Below, piece after piece: positions 19,644 through 31,000 of a DNA stretch of 64,000 nucleotides; positions within the stretch are counted from its first letter, which is position 1, and every line of letters starts with the position of its first letter. The stretch is taken from positions 1,312,001-1,376,000 of the forward strand of contig CAWDTA010000002.1 in assembly GCA_963805085.1 (NCBI GenBank). The letters run 5' to 3'. Below the pieces are notes generated by a model. The model ran no database searches. It was given only the letters and a program-made list of their open reading frames with translations, and was not told the origin of the DNA. The position numbers and the translations under genes are program-made. The stretch comes from an uncultured Veillonellaceae bacterium (lineage in GTDB: Bacteria; Bacillota; Negativicutes; JARBTT01).

Positions 19644-20102
19644 TATCTATAATGGATGTATGAGACATGGGCTCACGTCGTTGTTTATTTTGCTTGCATT
19701 GTTTGCATTTTTTAGATGATTTTATGCGGGAGTTATATAGTATTCATTCTGAAGTATAGAAGAAAATAATCTGTGAATATTATAAAAGCATTGAAATATT
19801 ATACAGTTATAAAGGTAGAGAAATTTTTTGAAAAAAATAGTTGAATTATGATAAAATACAGCTTGTGGGTAGAATATAGTATTTAAATTTTTTATTAAAA
19901 AAAACTCCTCAAGTGTACGAAAATCATAAATTTATTGATAAAAATTTAGTGCGATAGAAAAATGTAATTTAAGTATAGATACAATTTTTCGGCAACTATA
20001 GCCTGAGATTGCAAGTAATATTCTCAGAAATATTAAGATTTTATTACTGTTTCTAGTTACGTAAGTTGATATATTATTAATTTGATAAGAGGTTAGTTAT
20101 TA

Positions 20103-20735
20103 ATGGAGAAAGAAATAAAAATTGTTAGTCCAGTATATCAGCAAATAGCAGCTGATATTGCTTCTAAAATTGCAAATGGCTATTATGAACTCGGTTCTAA
20201 GATATATGCACGATCAGTACTTGCTAGCCAATATAGTGTTTCACCAGAAACTGCGAGAAGGGCCATTGCAATCTTGTCAGATATGGAAATTGTCGATGTC
20301 ACTAAAGGGAGTGGGGTAATCATTCGTTCTTGTGAAAACGCCATCAAATTTGTGAAGCAATATGATGATATTAAAACGGTCAATGATTTAAAACAAGATA
20401 TATTACATAGCCTTGAACGTCAAAAAAAAGAAAACGATTATTTAAAAAATCAGTTGATTGAGTTAATTGATAAAACAGATCGTTTTAAGTCAATAAATCC
20501 ATTTATTCCTTTTGAAATACTGATCAAGGGAAAAACTCCTTATCTTGAGAAAACAGTAGCTGAAATCAACTTTTGGCACAATACTTCAGCAACTATTATT
20601 TGTATAAAAAGAAATCATTGCCTTGAGATGTCGCCAGGTCCTTATGCAATTTTAAAAGAAGACGATATTTTTTATTTTATTGGTGATAAAAATTGTTATG
20701 AAAGAGTGAACAAATTTCTTTATCCATATAGCTAA
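20103..20735 (+). CDS. busR: GntR-HTH + TrkA-C (RCK_C) regulator, BusR-like
   Basis: YQQIAADIA...VSPETARRA...GSG HTH; C-terminal NFWHNT.ATII.I.R...SPGPYA; directly upstream of an osmoprotectant ABC operon. Confidence 0.85.
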   Translation: MEKEIKIVSPVYQQIAADIASKIANGYYELGSKIYARSVLASQYSVSPETARRAIAILSDMEIVDVTKGSGVIIRSCENAIKFVKQYDDIKTVNDLKQDILHSLERQKKENDYLKNQLIELIDKTDRFKSINPFIPFEILIKGKTPYLEKTVAEINFWHNTSATIICIKRNHCLEMSPGPYAILKEDDIFYFIGDKNCYERVNKFLYPYS

Positions 20736-20781
20736 AAAGGGTTGAAAATTAATGAAAGGTTAATTTTCAACCCTTTTTTTT
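20733..20781 (+). terminator. intrinsic terminator after busR-like gene
   Basis: aaaaagggttgaaaattaa...ttaattttcaaccc + T-run. Confidence 0.85.
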
Positions 20782-20789
20782 GAGCATTT

Positions 20790-20881
20790 TTTGTAAACAC
20801 TAACAACTTCATGGTAGATTGAAAGTTGTTAGTGTTTACAAAGAAACAACTTTATAATATAATTAAGTTGTTTCTTTGTAA
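20790..20881 (+). promoter_or_regulatory. promoter with two overlapping inverted repeats (candidate BusR operators)
   Basis: 20-bp arms at 20790-20809/20823-20842 and 17-bp arms at 20836-20852/20865-20881, sharing AACAACTT-N12/13-AAGTTGTT; TTTACA-N17-TATAAT at 20835-20863. Confidence 0.7.
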
Positions 20882-20938
20882 CCGTAATAAAAAATAAATT
20901 TACGGTGTGATAAAGTCGTTAAATGAGGAGGAGATTTT

Positions 20939-22066
20939 ATGATAGAGTTTAAAAATGTAAGTAAATTTTTTAATGACAAGCAAATTTTGCGTGATATTTC
21001 TTTTATGATAAATCAGGGAGAACTAGTTGCAATTATTGGAGCAAGCGGGTGTGGAAAGACGACAATATTAAAAATGATTAACCGCCTAATTGATTCGTTT
21101 TCGGGAAAGATTTTTATCAATGGAGAAGATATTGTCAAGCAAGATATTATAAAATTACGGCGTAATATCGGTTATGTTATTCAACAAACAGGTTTATTTC
21201 CACATATGACGGTTAAAGAAAATATAGAAATTATTCCGAAAATTGAAAAAATGCATGAAGAAAAAATAATAAAAAGAACCTATGAAGTTATGGAGATGGT
21301 TGGTTTAAATAGTGATGAATATTTAAATCGTTATCCAAGTGAACTTAGTGGTGGACAGCAGCAAAGAGTGGGGATTGCGAGAGCTTTTGCTACAAATCCT
21401 AAAATTATCTTAATGGATGAACCATTTAGTGCACTTGATCCAATCACACGTTTACAACTTCAAGATGAGCTAATTAATTTACAGGCAAAAATAAAGAAGA
21501 CCATTGTTTTTGTAACACACGATATGAATGAAGCCATAAAAATAGCAGATAAAATTTGTATTCTCAATCAAGGCGAGATTATACAATATGATACTCCAGA
21601 AAATATTTTAAAAAATCCTGTTAATGATTTTGTTAGTACATTTGTTGGTAAGAATAGAATATGGTCTTCACCTGAATTTATTCGGGCGAAAGATATTATG
21701 ATTGATCAACCTCTTACCTGTTCTAAAAATTTATCTTTGTTAGAATGTGTAGAAAAGATGAAATTTACAAATGCAGATAGCCTGTTGATAGTTGACCCAT
21801 GTGATTATCTTTTGGGTATTGTTACGGCAAAGCAAACCCAAAATAGATCAGATAGACATGTGCTTGTAGAAAGTATTATGAAAAATGATTTTATCAAAAT
21901 TAATTCAGATGAGCCAATTATAAATATCCTTGAAATATTCAAGCAACATAAAATAGTTCAAGCACCAGTTGTTGATGAAAAAGGCTTATTAAAAGGGCTT
22001 ATTACCCAAAGTAGTTTATTGATAGCTCTTAGTCAGCAATTTTTAGATACTGAGGAGGTTGGATAG
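20939..22066 (+). CDS. opuCA: glycine betaine/carnitine/choline ABC transporter ATPase with CBS domains
   Basis: GASGCGKTT, IGYVIQQTGLFPH, LSGGQQQRVG, MDEPFSALD; CBS pair. Confidence 0.92.
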   Translation: MIEFKNVSKFFNDKQILRDISFMINQGELVAIIGASGCGKTTILKMINRLIDSFSGKIFINGEDIVKQDIIKLRRNIGYVIQQTGLFPHMTVKENIEIIPKIEKMHEEKIIKRTYEVMEMVGLNSDEYLNRYPSELSGGQQQRVGIARAFATNPKIILMDEPFSALDPITRLQLQDELINLQAKIKKTIVFVTHDMNEAIKIADKICILNQGEIIQYDTPENILKNPVNDFVSTFVGKNRIWSSPEFIRAKDIMIDQPLTCSKNLSLLECVEKMKFTNADSLLIVDPCDYLLGIVTAKQTQNRSDRHVLVESIMKNDFIKINSDEPIINILEIFKQHKIVQAPVVDEKGLLKGLITQSSLLIALSQQFLDTEEVG

Positions 22067-22067
22067 C

Positions 22068-23642
22068 ATGAACGAATGGTTTAGTTATTTATTTGAATTT
22101 AAAAATGAAATATTTTCTTTATCTGTTGAACATATAGAACTTACTTCGCTCGCTGTAGTGATAGCAATTTTATTAGGGATACCTTTAGGAATATTAATTA
22201 GCTATGTAAAAAGATTAAACAAGCCAGTTTTAGGTGTAGTTGGTGTTATACAAGCAATACCAAGCATGGCATTACTAGGTTTTTCTATTCCTTTATTGGG
22301 TATAGGAACAATGCCGGCCGTCGTGATGGTTATTTTGTATTCTCTTTTACCGATTATTAAAAACACAACCACCGGAATTAATAATATCAATTTGCAGACA
22401 TTAGAAGCAGCTAAAGGTATAGGTCTTACAAAATTACAAATTTTGTTTAAAATACAGCTTCCTTTAGCCATGCCAATGATTATGTCTGGAATTAGAATTG
22501 CAGCGGTTACTGCGGTGGGGTTAATGACAATGGCAGCCTTTATTGGTGGTGGTGGTCTAGGTTATTTGGTTTTCTCAGGAATAAGAACAGTGAATACAGA
22601 TCAAATTTTAGCTGGTGCCATTTCTGCTTGTATATTAGCAGTAGTTGTAGATGGAGTATTTGGAATTATTGAAAGCCTAGTCACGCCAACTAATTTACAA
22701 AAAAACAATAATAAAAAGAAATTAATGAAAATGGAAAGAAATACGCTAAAAAAAGGTGTATTAGTGAGTGTCGCTTGTGTTTTAGTGGGCTTATTTTTTG
22801 CTACTGGAATTTCGCAAGGATATACAGAAAATAAAGTAATCGTTATAGGAAGCAAAGACTTTACTGAACAAGAAATTATTGGAAATATGCTTGCGGAAGC
22901 TATTGAAAGGAAAACTGATATTTCTGTAGAACGTAAATTAGCTCTTGGCGGTACGCAAATTTGTTTTGAAGCGCTTAAGGCAGATGACATTGATATATAT
23001 GTTGATTATAGTGGCACCTGTTATGGTGATACGTTAAAATATTCGCCAATAACTAATGTTAAAACAGTATACAATACAGTGAAAAAAGATTTTAAAGCAA
23101 AGTTTAATATTGATGTGTTGAAACAAATGTCTTTTAATAATACGTATACTTTAGCAGTAAAAAAAGAAACGGCAGATAAGTATCATCTTAAAACAATTAG
23201 TGATTTAGCTAAGGTTGGCAATCAACTGACTGCAGCTACGTCATTAGAATTTCTTAATAGAGAAGATGGTATTATTGGGTTAAAGAAAAAATATAATTTT
23301 CATTTTAAAGATCAAATCGGTATTGATGGCAGTCCTAAATATTTAGCTTTAATGAATAATGAAAGTGATGTTACAGATGCATTTTCAACGGACGGACTAT
23401 TAAAAAAATATGATTTAACAATTTTACAAGATGATCAGCATTTTTTTCCGCCTTATTATGCAATTCCACTTGTACGCGCTGAAGTGACCGCAAAGTATCC
23501 AGAGATTGTTCCGATTATTGAAGAAGTAGGAGAATTGCTCAATGATAATGTAATGATTGCATTAAATTATCAAGTGGATGAATTAAAAAAAGATCCGAGG
23601 AAGGTTGCTATTGAATTTTTAAGAGAAAACAAAGTTATTTAA
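22068..23642 (+). CDS. osmoprotectant ABC transporter fused permease + substrate-binding protein
   Basis: IPSMALLG, EAA.GIG loop, GGGGLG; GSKDFTEQ, NNTY.LAV, FFPPYYA. Confidence 0.92.
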   Translation: MNEWFSYLFEFKNEIFSLSVEHIELTSLAVVIAILLGIPLGILISYVKRLNKPVLGVVGVIQAIPSMALLGFSIPLLGIGTMPAVVMVILYSLLPIIKNTTTGINNINLQTLEAAKGIGLTKLQILFKIQLPLAMPMIMSGIRIAAVTAVGLMTMAAFIGGGGLGYLVFSGIRTVNTDQILAGAISACILAVVVDGVFGIIESLVTPTNLQKNNNKKKLMKMERNTLKKGVLVSVACVLVGLFFATGISQGYTENKVIVIGSKDFTEQEIIGNMLAEAIERKTDISVERKLALGGTQICFEALKADDIDIYVDYSGTCYGDTLKYSPITNVKTVYNTVKKDFKAKFNIDVLKQMSFNNTYTLAVKKETADKYHLKTISDLAKVGNQLTAATSLEFLNREDGIIGLKKKYNFHFKDQIGIDGSPKYLALMNNESDVTDAFSTDGLLKKYDLTILQDDQHFFPPYYAIPLVRAEVTAKYPEIVPIIEEVGELLNDNVMIALNYQVDELKKDPRKVAIEFLRENKVI

Positions 23643-24030
23643 AATAATACTATTCTTCTATAATTTTTTTTATATCTTAATAAAACTCATTGCTTGTGTA
23701 GGAAAAAGATAGCATAATCGACAGAATTTCAAAACATACTTCTAGGCGGTTAAAAGCAGTGAAAGAATACTTTGAAATTTATCTTTCAAGTGTGAGTTAC
23801 TTTAACGGTGAAGAAACTCTCTATTGTATTCTTAAAAATCAATAATTAAAAAAATAATTGGTGAAAAAGCGACTACGTTTTCTTGGACTAAACAGTAAAG
23901 TAAACTGTATACTGCATAGGAAACGGGTGGAGTCGGCACAATGGGCTTTATCCGTTCTTTTTAGAATGAAAACTATGAAAAAAGTGAAGTGCAAGATTTT
24001 ATCATTATTATTGGAAGAAGGAGAAGGTTT

Positions 24031-25839
24031 ATGGGGAAAGTCATTGTCAGGCGGGTTGATATCATTAATTGGATAGTTTTATCAGTTTTTATCGTACTTA
24101 TTGGCCGTTTAGGTTATTTACAAGTAGTACAAGGTCAGCATTACGCAAGGCTTGCAGATGGTAATCGTATTCGCATCATACCTATTAAGGCACCACGCGG
24201 GAATTTTTATGACCGCAATGGTGTGATGTTAGTCACTGACCGCCCAAGCTTTGTAGTGACGGCAGCAATTATTCCAAAGTCTAAGCAAGCGCGTGTGATT
24301 GAGAATTTGAGTAAAGTATTAAATATGAAGGCAGAAGATATCCGAAGTAAATTCAATCGAAATACAGGTTTTTCTTTTGAACCAATTCAAATCAAGTCAG
24401 ATGTTAATCAACAGGTAATAACCAAAATTGAAGGGAATCGAAGTGAGTTCCCCGGTGTAGTTATTAAGGCCCAACCAGTACGTCAATATATTTATGGTGG
24501 CGTTGCGGCGCACGTTTTTGGATATGTCGGAGAGATTAGTGAGGAAGAGATAAAAAAGAACAAAGAACATGGCTATAAAACTTGGGATATTGTAGGAAAG
24601 TTTGGTTTAGAAAAGGTGTATGACAAATATATTCGTGGAATAACTGGCGCCGAAAGAGTAGAAGTGGATGCTGATGGGCAGTTTATAAAAGTATTGGATG
24701 ATAAGCTCCCAATCTTAGGAAATAATTTAATGCTGACGATTGACAATTCTATTCAGCAGGCTGCAGAAAAGGCGATTGATGAAAGATTACTTTATTTGCA
24801 GTCAAAGGAACATAGAGCTAAAGCAAAAGCGGCGGCGGTTGTAGTTATGAATCCGAAAACTGGCGAAATTTTAGCAATGGCAAGCCGTCCAACCTTTAAT
24901 CCGAACTTATTTAATGACGGTATATCTAAAAAAAATTGGGATTTACTGATTGATAATCCGTTTAATCCTATGGAAAATCGAGCAGTTTCCGGTGAATATC
25001 CGCCAGGATCTGTTTTTAAAATTGTTACGGGAACAGCGGCATTGGAACTGAAAAAAGTTACCATAGAGGAAAAGATATTAGATACTGGCAAGCATTGGCT
25101 AATTGATAAAGGAAATGCCGGGGGAGAAGCCTTGGGCTGGATTGATTTTCAAGAAGCGTTAACAAAATCGGATAACGTATATTTTTATGAAATGGGTAAT
25201 CGGGTTGGAATTGATAATCTAGAAAAATATGCACGGATGTATGGATTAGGAAATGTTACTGGTATCGAATTACAGGGCGAATCTAAGGGGTTGGTAGCAA
25301 ATCGGCGATATAAGGAAGAAATGTACAAGGATAGATGGTATCTATCGGAAACTTTTGATGCTGCAATTGGTCAGGGATTTCAATTGGTGACACCGCTTCA
25401 AATGGCTATGCTTATGGGAGAAATCGCTAACGGCGGCTACCGCTATAAGCCGTTTTTAGTCAGTAAAATTATTTCGCCTAAGGGTAAAACGATAAAGACA
25501 TTTTCGCCAAAACAGACAGGTAGGATAAAAATATCAGAGCCTACGCTTGAAGTCATCCGCAATGCTTTAAAAGGAGTATCATTGCCAGGAGGTACGGCTG
25601 CGCAAGCTTTTCAAGGATTTCCTATTTCGGTTGCTGGTAAGACTGGAACGGCGGAAAACTCACATGGGGATGATCATGGTTGGTTTGTCGCTTATGCACC
25701 GGCCGATGACCCGCAGGTTGTGGTTTCAGTGATTGTCGAAAATGGTGGGTATGGATCACAAGCGGCGGCTCCTATTGCCAAAGATATTTTGGCGGCATTT
25801 TTTCATGTACAAGGGTCTGTAAATGTCATAACAAATTAA
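24031..25839 (+). CDS. mrdA: class B penicillin-binding protein 2
   Basis: N-terminal TM, APRG.FYDRNG, PGSVFK (SxxK), SDN (SxN), KTGTAE; ATG at 24031 after AGGAG. Confidence 0.93.
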   Translation: MGKVIVRRVDIINWIVLSVFIVLIGRLGYLQVVQGQHYARLADGNRIRIIPIKAPRGNFYDRNGVMLVTDRPSFVVTAAIIPKSKQARVIENLSKVLNMKAEDIRSKFNRNTGFSFEPIQIKSDVNQQVITKIEGNRSEFPGVVIKAQPVRQYIYGGVAAHVFGYVGEISEEEIKKNKEHGYKTWDIVGKFGLEKVYDKYIRGITGAERVEVDADGQFIKVLDDKLPILGNNLMLTIDNSIQQAAEKAIDERLLYLQSKEHRAKAKAAAVVVMNPKTGEILAMASRPTFNPNLFNDGISKKNWDLLIDNPFNPMENRAVSGEYPPGSVFKIVTGTAALELKKVTIEEKILDTGKHWLIDKGNAGGEALGWIDFQEALTKSDNVYFYEMGNRVGIDNLEKYARMYGLGNVTGIELQGESKGLVANRRYKEEMYKDRWYLSETFDAAIGQGFQLVTPLQMAMLMGEIANGGYRYKPFLVSKIISPKGKTIKTFSPKQTGRIKISEPTLEVIRNALKGVSLPGGTAAQAFQGFPISVAGKTGTAENSHGDDHGWFVAYAPADDPQVVVSVIVENGGYGSQAAAPIAKDILAAFFHVQGSVNVITN

Positions 25840-25958
25840 GAATAAGTGGCATAGTTGCTATACATATTCATACAAAAACAGTACTTATAATAGGAATTAT
25901 AATAAGTTGATATAATAAATAAAAAAAGAAAAAATACGGTGATGAAGGAGGAAAAATA

Positions 25959-27050
25959 ATGATCAAAGGGTGTCCTGTTCTTGAAATAGATTTAGATAAA
26001 ATTACTGAAAATACATATAGAATAGTAAACAGATGTAATGAAAGGGGGATTAAGGTTATTGGTGTTACCAAAGGGTTTTGTGCAATGCATCAAATTGTTG
26101 ATGCATTGATTGCAGGAGGTATTGAAGAGCTAGCTGACTCTAGGATGGAGAATATCATTGAGCTGAGAGAAAGACAGCTTTATACTCCAATTACTTTATT
26201 GAGGATTCCTCGTCTGAGCAATGTAAAGAATGTAATACAGTATGTCAATACTAGTGTCAATTCGGAAATTTCAGTTATAAGGGCCTTAGCTAACGCAGCT
26301 ATCGATGTTAATAAAGTACATAGAATCATTCTGATGGTGGATTTAGGTGATTTACGTGAAGGGATTATGCAGGAAAATGTGTTAGATACCGTATCACAGA
26401 TTAGTAAGTTATCTGGGGTAACTCTTGTTGGACTAGGAACTAATATGGGATGTTTTGGTGGGGTACTGCCAAGCGTAAATAACTTAGGTCTTTTAGCTGA
26501 AATAGGATTAGCTGTGGAAAATCAGATAGGGAGAAAACTTGAGCTTGTTTCTGGTGGTGGTACGTCTACATTATTGCTAGTAGAAAACGGTAGTATACCT
26601 GAAGCAATCAATCAACTGAGAATTGGTGAAGGAATTTTACTTGGAACAGACACAACAAATAATCGAATAATTCCTTGGCTATATCAAGACACATTTACTA
26701 TTAGTGCTGAAGTAATTGAGGTAAAAGATAAACCTTCTGTTCCAATAGGAAAAATCGGAAAGGATGCTTTTGGCAATGTTCCTAAGTTTAATGATGTGGG
26801 AATACGAAAGAGAGCCATTTTGGCATTAGGAAGGCAAGATGTATATATTGAAGGGATTTTTCCATTGGATAAAAATTTGAGTATACTGGGTGCTAGTAGC
26901 GATCATACGATTGTAGATATCACAGAGACAAGCAAAGATATTGCAGTTGGTGATAGAATGGTTTTTGGCTTAACGTATCCGGGGTTACTTTCAGCAACTG
27001 ATTCAAAATATGTCAAAAGCCACTTCAAAGGAGGTATGTATATATCATGA
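25959..27050 (+). CDS. PLP-dependent alanine/ornithine racemase family (Orr/YhfX-like)
   Basis: GVTKG.C, ADSR, D.GDLREG, GTN.GCFGG, SGGG, LRIGE, GASSDH. Confidence 0.88.
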   Translation: MIKGCPVLEIDLDKITENTYRIVNRCNERGIKVIGVTKGFCAMHQIVDALIAGGIEELADSRMENIIELRERQLYTPITLLRIPRLSNVKNVIQYVNTSVNSEISVIRALANAAIDVNKVHRIILMVDLGDLREGIMQENVLDTVSQISKLSGVTLVGLGTNMGCFGGVLPSVNNLGLLAEIGLAVENQIGRKLELVSGGGTSTLLLVENGSIPEAINQLRIGEGILLGTDTTNNRIIPWLYQDTFTISAEVIEVKDKPSVPIGKIGKDAFGNVPKFNDVGIRKRAILALGRQDVYIEGIFPLDKNLSILGASSDHTIVDITETSKDIAVGDRMVFGLTYPGLLSATDSKYVKSHFKGGMYIS

Positions 27051-27496
27051 AGGTTGATTTATTACAGACGGTAGATTTATCTTCAATTACTCGTTTGGTG
27101 CAATTAGAACGAGAAGCTTTTGGTATAGGGGGACTAAATGAATGGCATCTTGTGCCTTTTATTAGGCATGGTAAGGTATATATTATTCGGCAGAAGGAGG
27201 AAATTGTGGGATTAATTCAATATATGCGAGATTGGGATACCCCACGTAAAGCATACTTGATGGGAGTGTCAATCGCAAAAGAAATGAGAGGTAAAGGGCT
27301 CGGAACAACATTAATACGTGCCAGTTTGCAAGAGATAAAAAAAGAAGATATAGTAGAAGTTGAATTGACTGTAGACCCTGAAAATCAAAATGCAATCAAA
27401 GTTTATAATGAAAAGTTAGGATTTGTAATGAAAGAAACAAGAATCGATGAATATGGTGCAGGTGAAAAACGCCTGGTGATGCACTTATCGTTATAG
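27047..27496 (+). CDS. GNAT N-acetyltransferase
   Basis: RGKGLG, LTVDPEN..AI.VY..LGF; ATGA overlap with the racemase gene. Confidence 0.9.
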   Translation: MKVDLLQTVDLSSITRLVQLEREAFGIGGLNEWHLVPFIRHGKVYIIRQKEEIVGLIQYMRDWDTPRKAYLMGVSIAKEMRGKGLGTTLIRASLQEIKKEDIVEVELTVDPENQNAIKVYNEKLGFVMKETRIDEYGAGEKRLVMHLSL

Positions 27497-27744
27497 ATAA
27501 AATAGTGGTTTGTTAGAGTATAAGATCAGTATCAACCATACGTATTTGAAAAATCTGAGATGCCAGTGAGGACATTATCTATGGGGAATTTGTACGTTAA
27601 AATATGGCTATAAAAGATAAAACAATTAATGAAATCATAGCAACGGTGTGGATGATTGATGTTACTTCTTACGAACTGGATATTTCTAATAGGGATAAGT
27701 GTTGAGAAGCTTAAAAACCAGTAGAAACAGAATGGTTATTGAAA

Positions 27745-27960
27745 CCTATAAAACGACAAAACAAGTACGTGTATAAGATGATGTGGAAAATGGCGATAGT
27801 CGTGATGCTGTGGAAAAGGATAAGGATGGCATGATAGACTGCAGTTTAAAACGTGTCTCCGAACATTTGGTCGCAGTAAAAAATCTTGATATATTAAAGC
27901 AAAAAATAAATGTGTAAGTTCTTTTCGTTTTTTATACGAATGTAGAACTTACACATTTTT
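27745..27960 (+). pseudogene. degenerate second copy of the 3' part of the 18954 gene plus hairpin
   Basis: IETYKTTKQVRV and DSRDAVEKDKDGMID.SLKRVSE.LVAVK match the 18954 ORF; followed by the tgtgtaagttct...agaacttacaca hairpin. Confidence 0.8.
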
Positions 27961-28028
27961 ATAAAACATACTATTGGTAATTCTGCTTGGTATCATTATC
28001 GACTAAGGAATGTTAAGTATTGGTACTA

Positions 28029-31000
28029 TTATAAATGAGGGGAAAATGAATTGTCTGGTGGTTCATTTTGCTTTGACGGAATGATTTGCGGTGGATTGCT
28101 TGCCTGCACTTTAAACCATGTCGCATACATAGTCGGTAAAACAAGCAACGTCAATAATGTAGCACCAAATAATCCACCAGCAATGGCTACTGCCATCGGA
28201 CCCCAGAAAGTACTCGCTATTAGAGGAATCATTCCTAATATGGCGGCCGCAGCAGTAAGCATAATAGGACGAAATCTTAGTATAGTCGAATCAATAATAG
28301 CATTCCACGGCGACTCACCGGCTTTTATATGCTGCTCAATTTGATCAATCAAGATAACCGAGTTTCGTATAATCATACCACTAAGAGCCAAAATACCCAG
28401 TTCGGAAACGAATCCCATAGGTCGCTGCGTCAACAGCATTGCTATACTGACACCAATTATACCAAGTGGTGCAGTTAGTACTGTCAAAAACATTAGAGAC
28501 ATCTTCTGAAGTTGAAACATTAAGAGTGTAATAATAATTATGATCATGGCTGGCACTGGTTGTAATAAATATCCGATGGATTTTTGACTATTTTCGAGTG
28601 AGCCAGCGATTGTGATACTATAGCCTGGCGGCAAATTATTACGCAAATCTTTGAGGTTTTCGTATACCTGTTTGGCCGCATCGTTTCCAGTTACCCCCTG
28701 AGTTACGTCAGCCTGTACTGTAATTGCAGGTTTAAGATCACGTCGCCAAATCAAACCATCCTCGGCCTCATAGCTTATTTTGGCAATCTGCTCCAAAGGA
28801 ACAAATTTGCCATTGCCAATATGGATATTAAGATCTTTTATATGAGATAAATCGTTTCGATTTTGGGGATCAATACGAAAGACAACATCAACGGTTTTAT
28901 CTTTCTCACGGAACTCAGATATATCTGCACCTGATAGCTGCGTTTGCAAACTAGTTGCTAACGATTGACTATCAATTCCTAACATTCTAGCTTTGTCTTG
29001 ATCAACAGACAAATGCATGGTTTTGATCTTTTCATTCCAGTCAAAATTAATACCAGTAATGTTAGGATTAGCTGCCATTGCTTCACTCACCTGTTGGGAA
29101 ATCTCCCTTACCTTGTCGTGGTCATATCCTGCGACACGCAGCATGACAGGATAGGGTGATGGTGGTCCAGTCTGGATTAATTTGGTATGTCCACGTACAT
29201 TTGCGAAGTCCTCAATAAATAAATTATTTATTTTTTTATTTAATACTTCACGTGCTTCTGTATTTTTAGCTACAATAACAAACTGAGCATAATTGTTCGC
29301 TGGAAGTTTAGGATCACTAGTTAACACAAACCGGGGAGCACCTTTTCCCACATAATAGCTGTAATTTTCAATGTTAGCATCATTAGCAAGGCACTGAGCA
29401 AACCTTTGGGCTTCCTGTTCGGTCGCCTGGAGAGAAGCTCCTTCCGGCAAAGTCATTTCTACAATAAGCTCAGGACGTATGGATGGTGGAAAAAATTCTT
29501 GCTTTACAAACTTCAAAAGAAAAATAGAACAAACAAAGCATAGCATTGTTATACCAAGCACCAGCTTACGACGATCTAAACACCAGATTAGTACCCGCCG
29601 AAACAACCGGTAAAACTTTGTATCATATATATCATGACCAGTGTTGGCTGTAGGTTTAACCTTTATCAATCTAGATCCTAAAAGTGGCGTTACCAAGACT
29701 GATACCAGCCAAGATATCAGTAAAGCTATGGTTATTACTTTGAAAATAGAATTGGTAAACTCCGCGGCACTCCCTTTGGCAAAACCTATGGGTATAAAAC
29801 CTGCACACGTGATCAAAGTTCCCGTCAGCATGGGAAAAGCAGTAGCAGTGTAGGCAAAGCAAGCTGCCTTAAACATATCCCAACCTTGTTCCAGTTTCAC
29901 GCTCATCATTTCTACAGCAATAATTGCATCATCTACCAACAATCCCAATGCAATTATGAGTGCACCTAATGAAATTTTGTGCAAATCAATCCCCATGATT
30001 TGCATACAAGCAAATACACCGGCTATTACCAGTGGAATACATAGAGCAACTACTACACCAGAACGTACGCCAAGACTTATAAAGCAGACAATCAACACAA
30101 TGATGATTGCCTCGCGCAATGATTTTACAAATTCACCAATAGATTCCTCAACTACTTTGGGCTGGTTTGATACTTGATTGATTTCAAAGCCAAGGGGTAA
30201 ATCATGCTTAATTTGATCAATAGTTTTACTTAACTCTGTACCTAGTGTAAGAATATTTCCACCCTTATCCATCGATATGGAGATTCCGATGGCAGGTTGA
30301 CCATTATAATACATTTTAGGCTCAATTGGATCAGTATAACTACGCTGAACTTTAGCAATATCACCCAATCGAAAGGTGCGGTCATTAGCACGAATTGGCA
30401 GATTACGAATACTATCTATATCATCAAACATGCCGCTGACGCGTAAGTAAACATTGTCAGACGAGGTTTCGATCATTCCTGATGAGGTCATTGCATCTTG
30501 TGTTTTCACAGAGTTGATAATTAGATTGGGATCAATACCAAGTTGAGCTAACTTGCTGCTCTCCATTTCAATATAAATTTTCTCATCCTGCACACCAAGC
30601 AGTTCTACTTTTTTTATGTTGGAAATTCCCAGTAAAGTCCTGCGTATTTTCTCTGCTCTATCGCGCATTTCTTCATAGGTAAATCCATCAGTTGTAAGTG
30701 CATAAATTGAGCCAAAAACATCATCAAATCTGTCATTAAAAGAGGGGCCAACTACTCCCTGAGGTAACGTACTTTTTATATCATTGACCATGTTACGTAT
30801 TTCCACCCAGGTTGGTCTAATATCTTTTTCACTTACCTCACTTTTTAAGTTTACATAGATCACTGCCTGCCCTGGCTGTGAATAACTTTTCAAGTAATCC
30901 ATTCCAGGTGTATCTTGAAGCTTTTTTTCTATTTTGTCGGTTACCTGTTCTTCCACCTGGCGAGCACTGGCACCTGGCCAAGACACTGAGACAATCATTT

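Noticed and set aside
27900-27960. Integron attC site
   Set aside because: Lacks RYYYAAC/GTTRRRY ends and there is no integron integrase; treated as a terminator-like hairpin within the repeat
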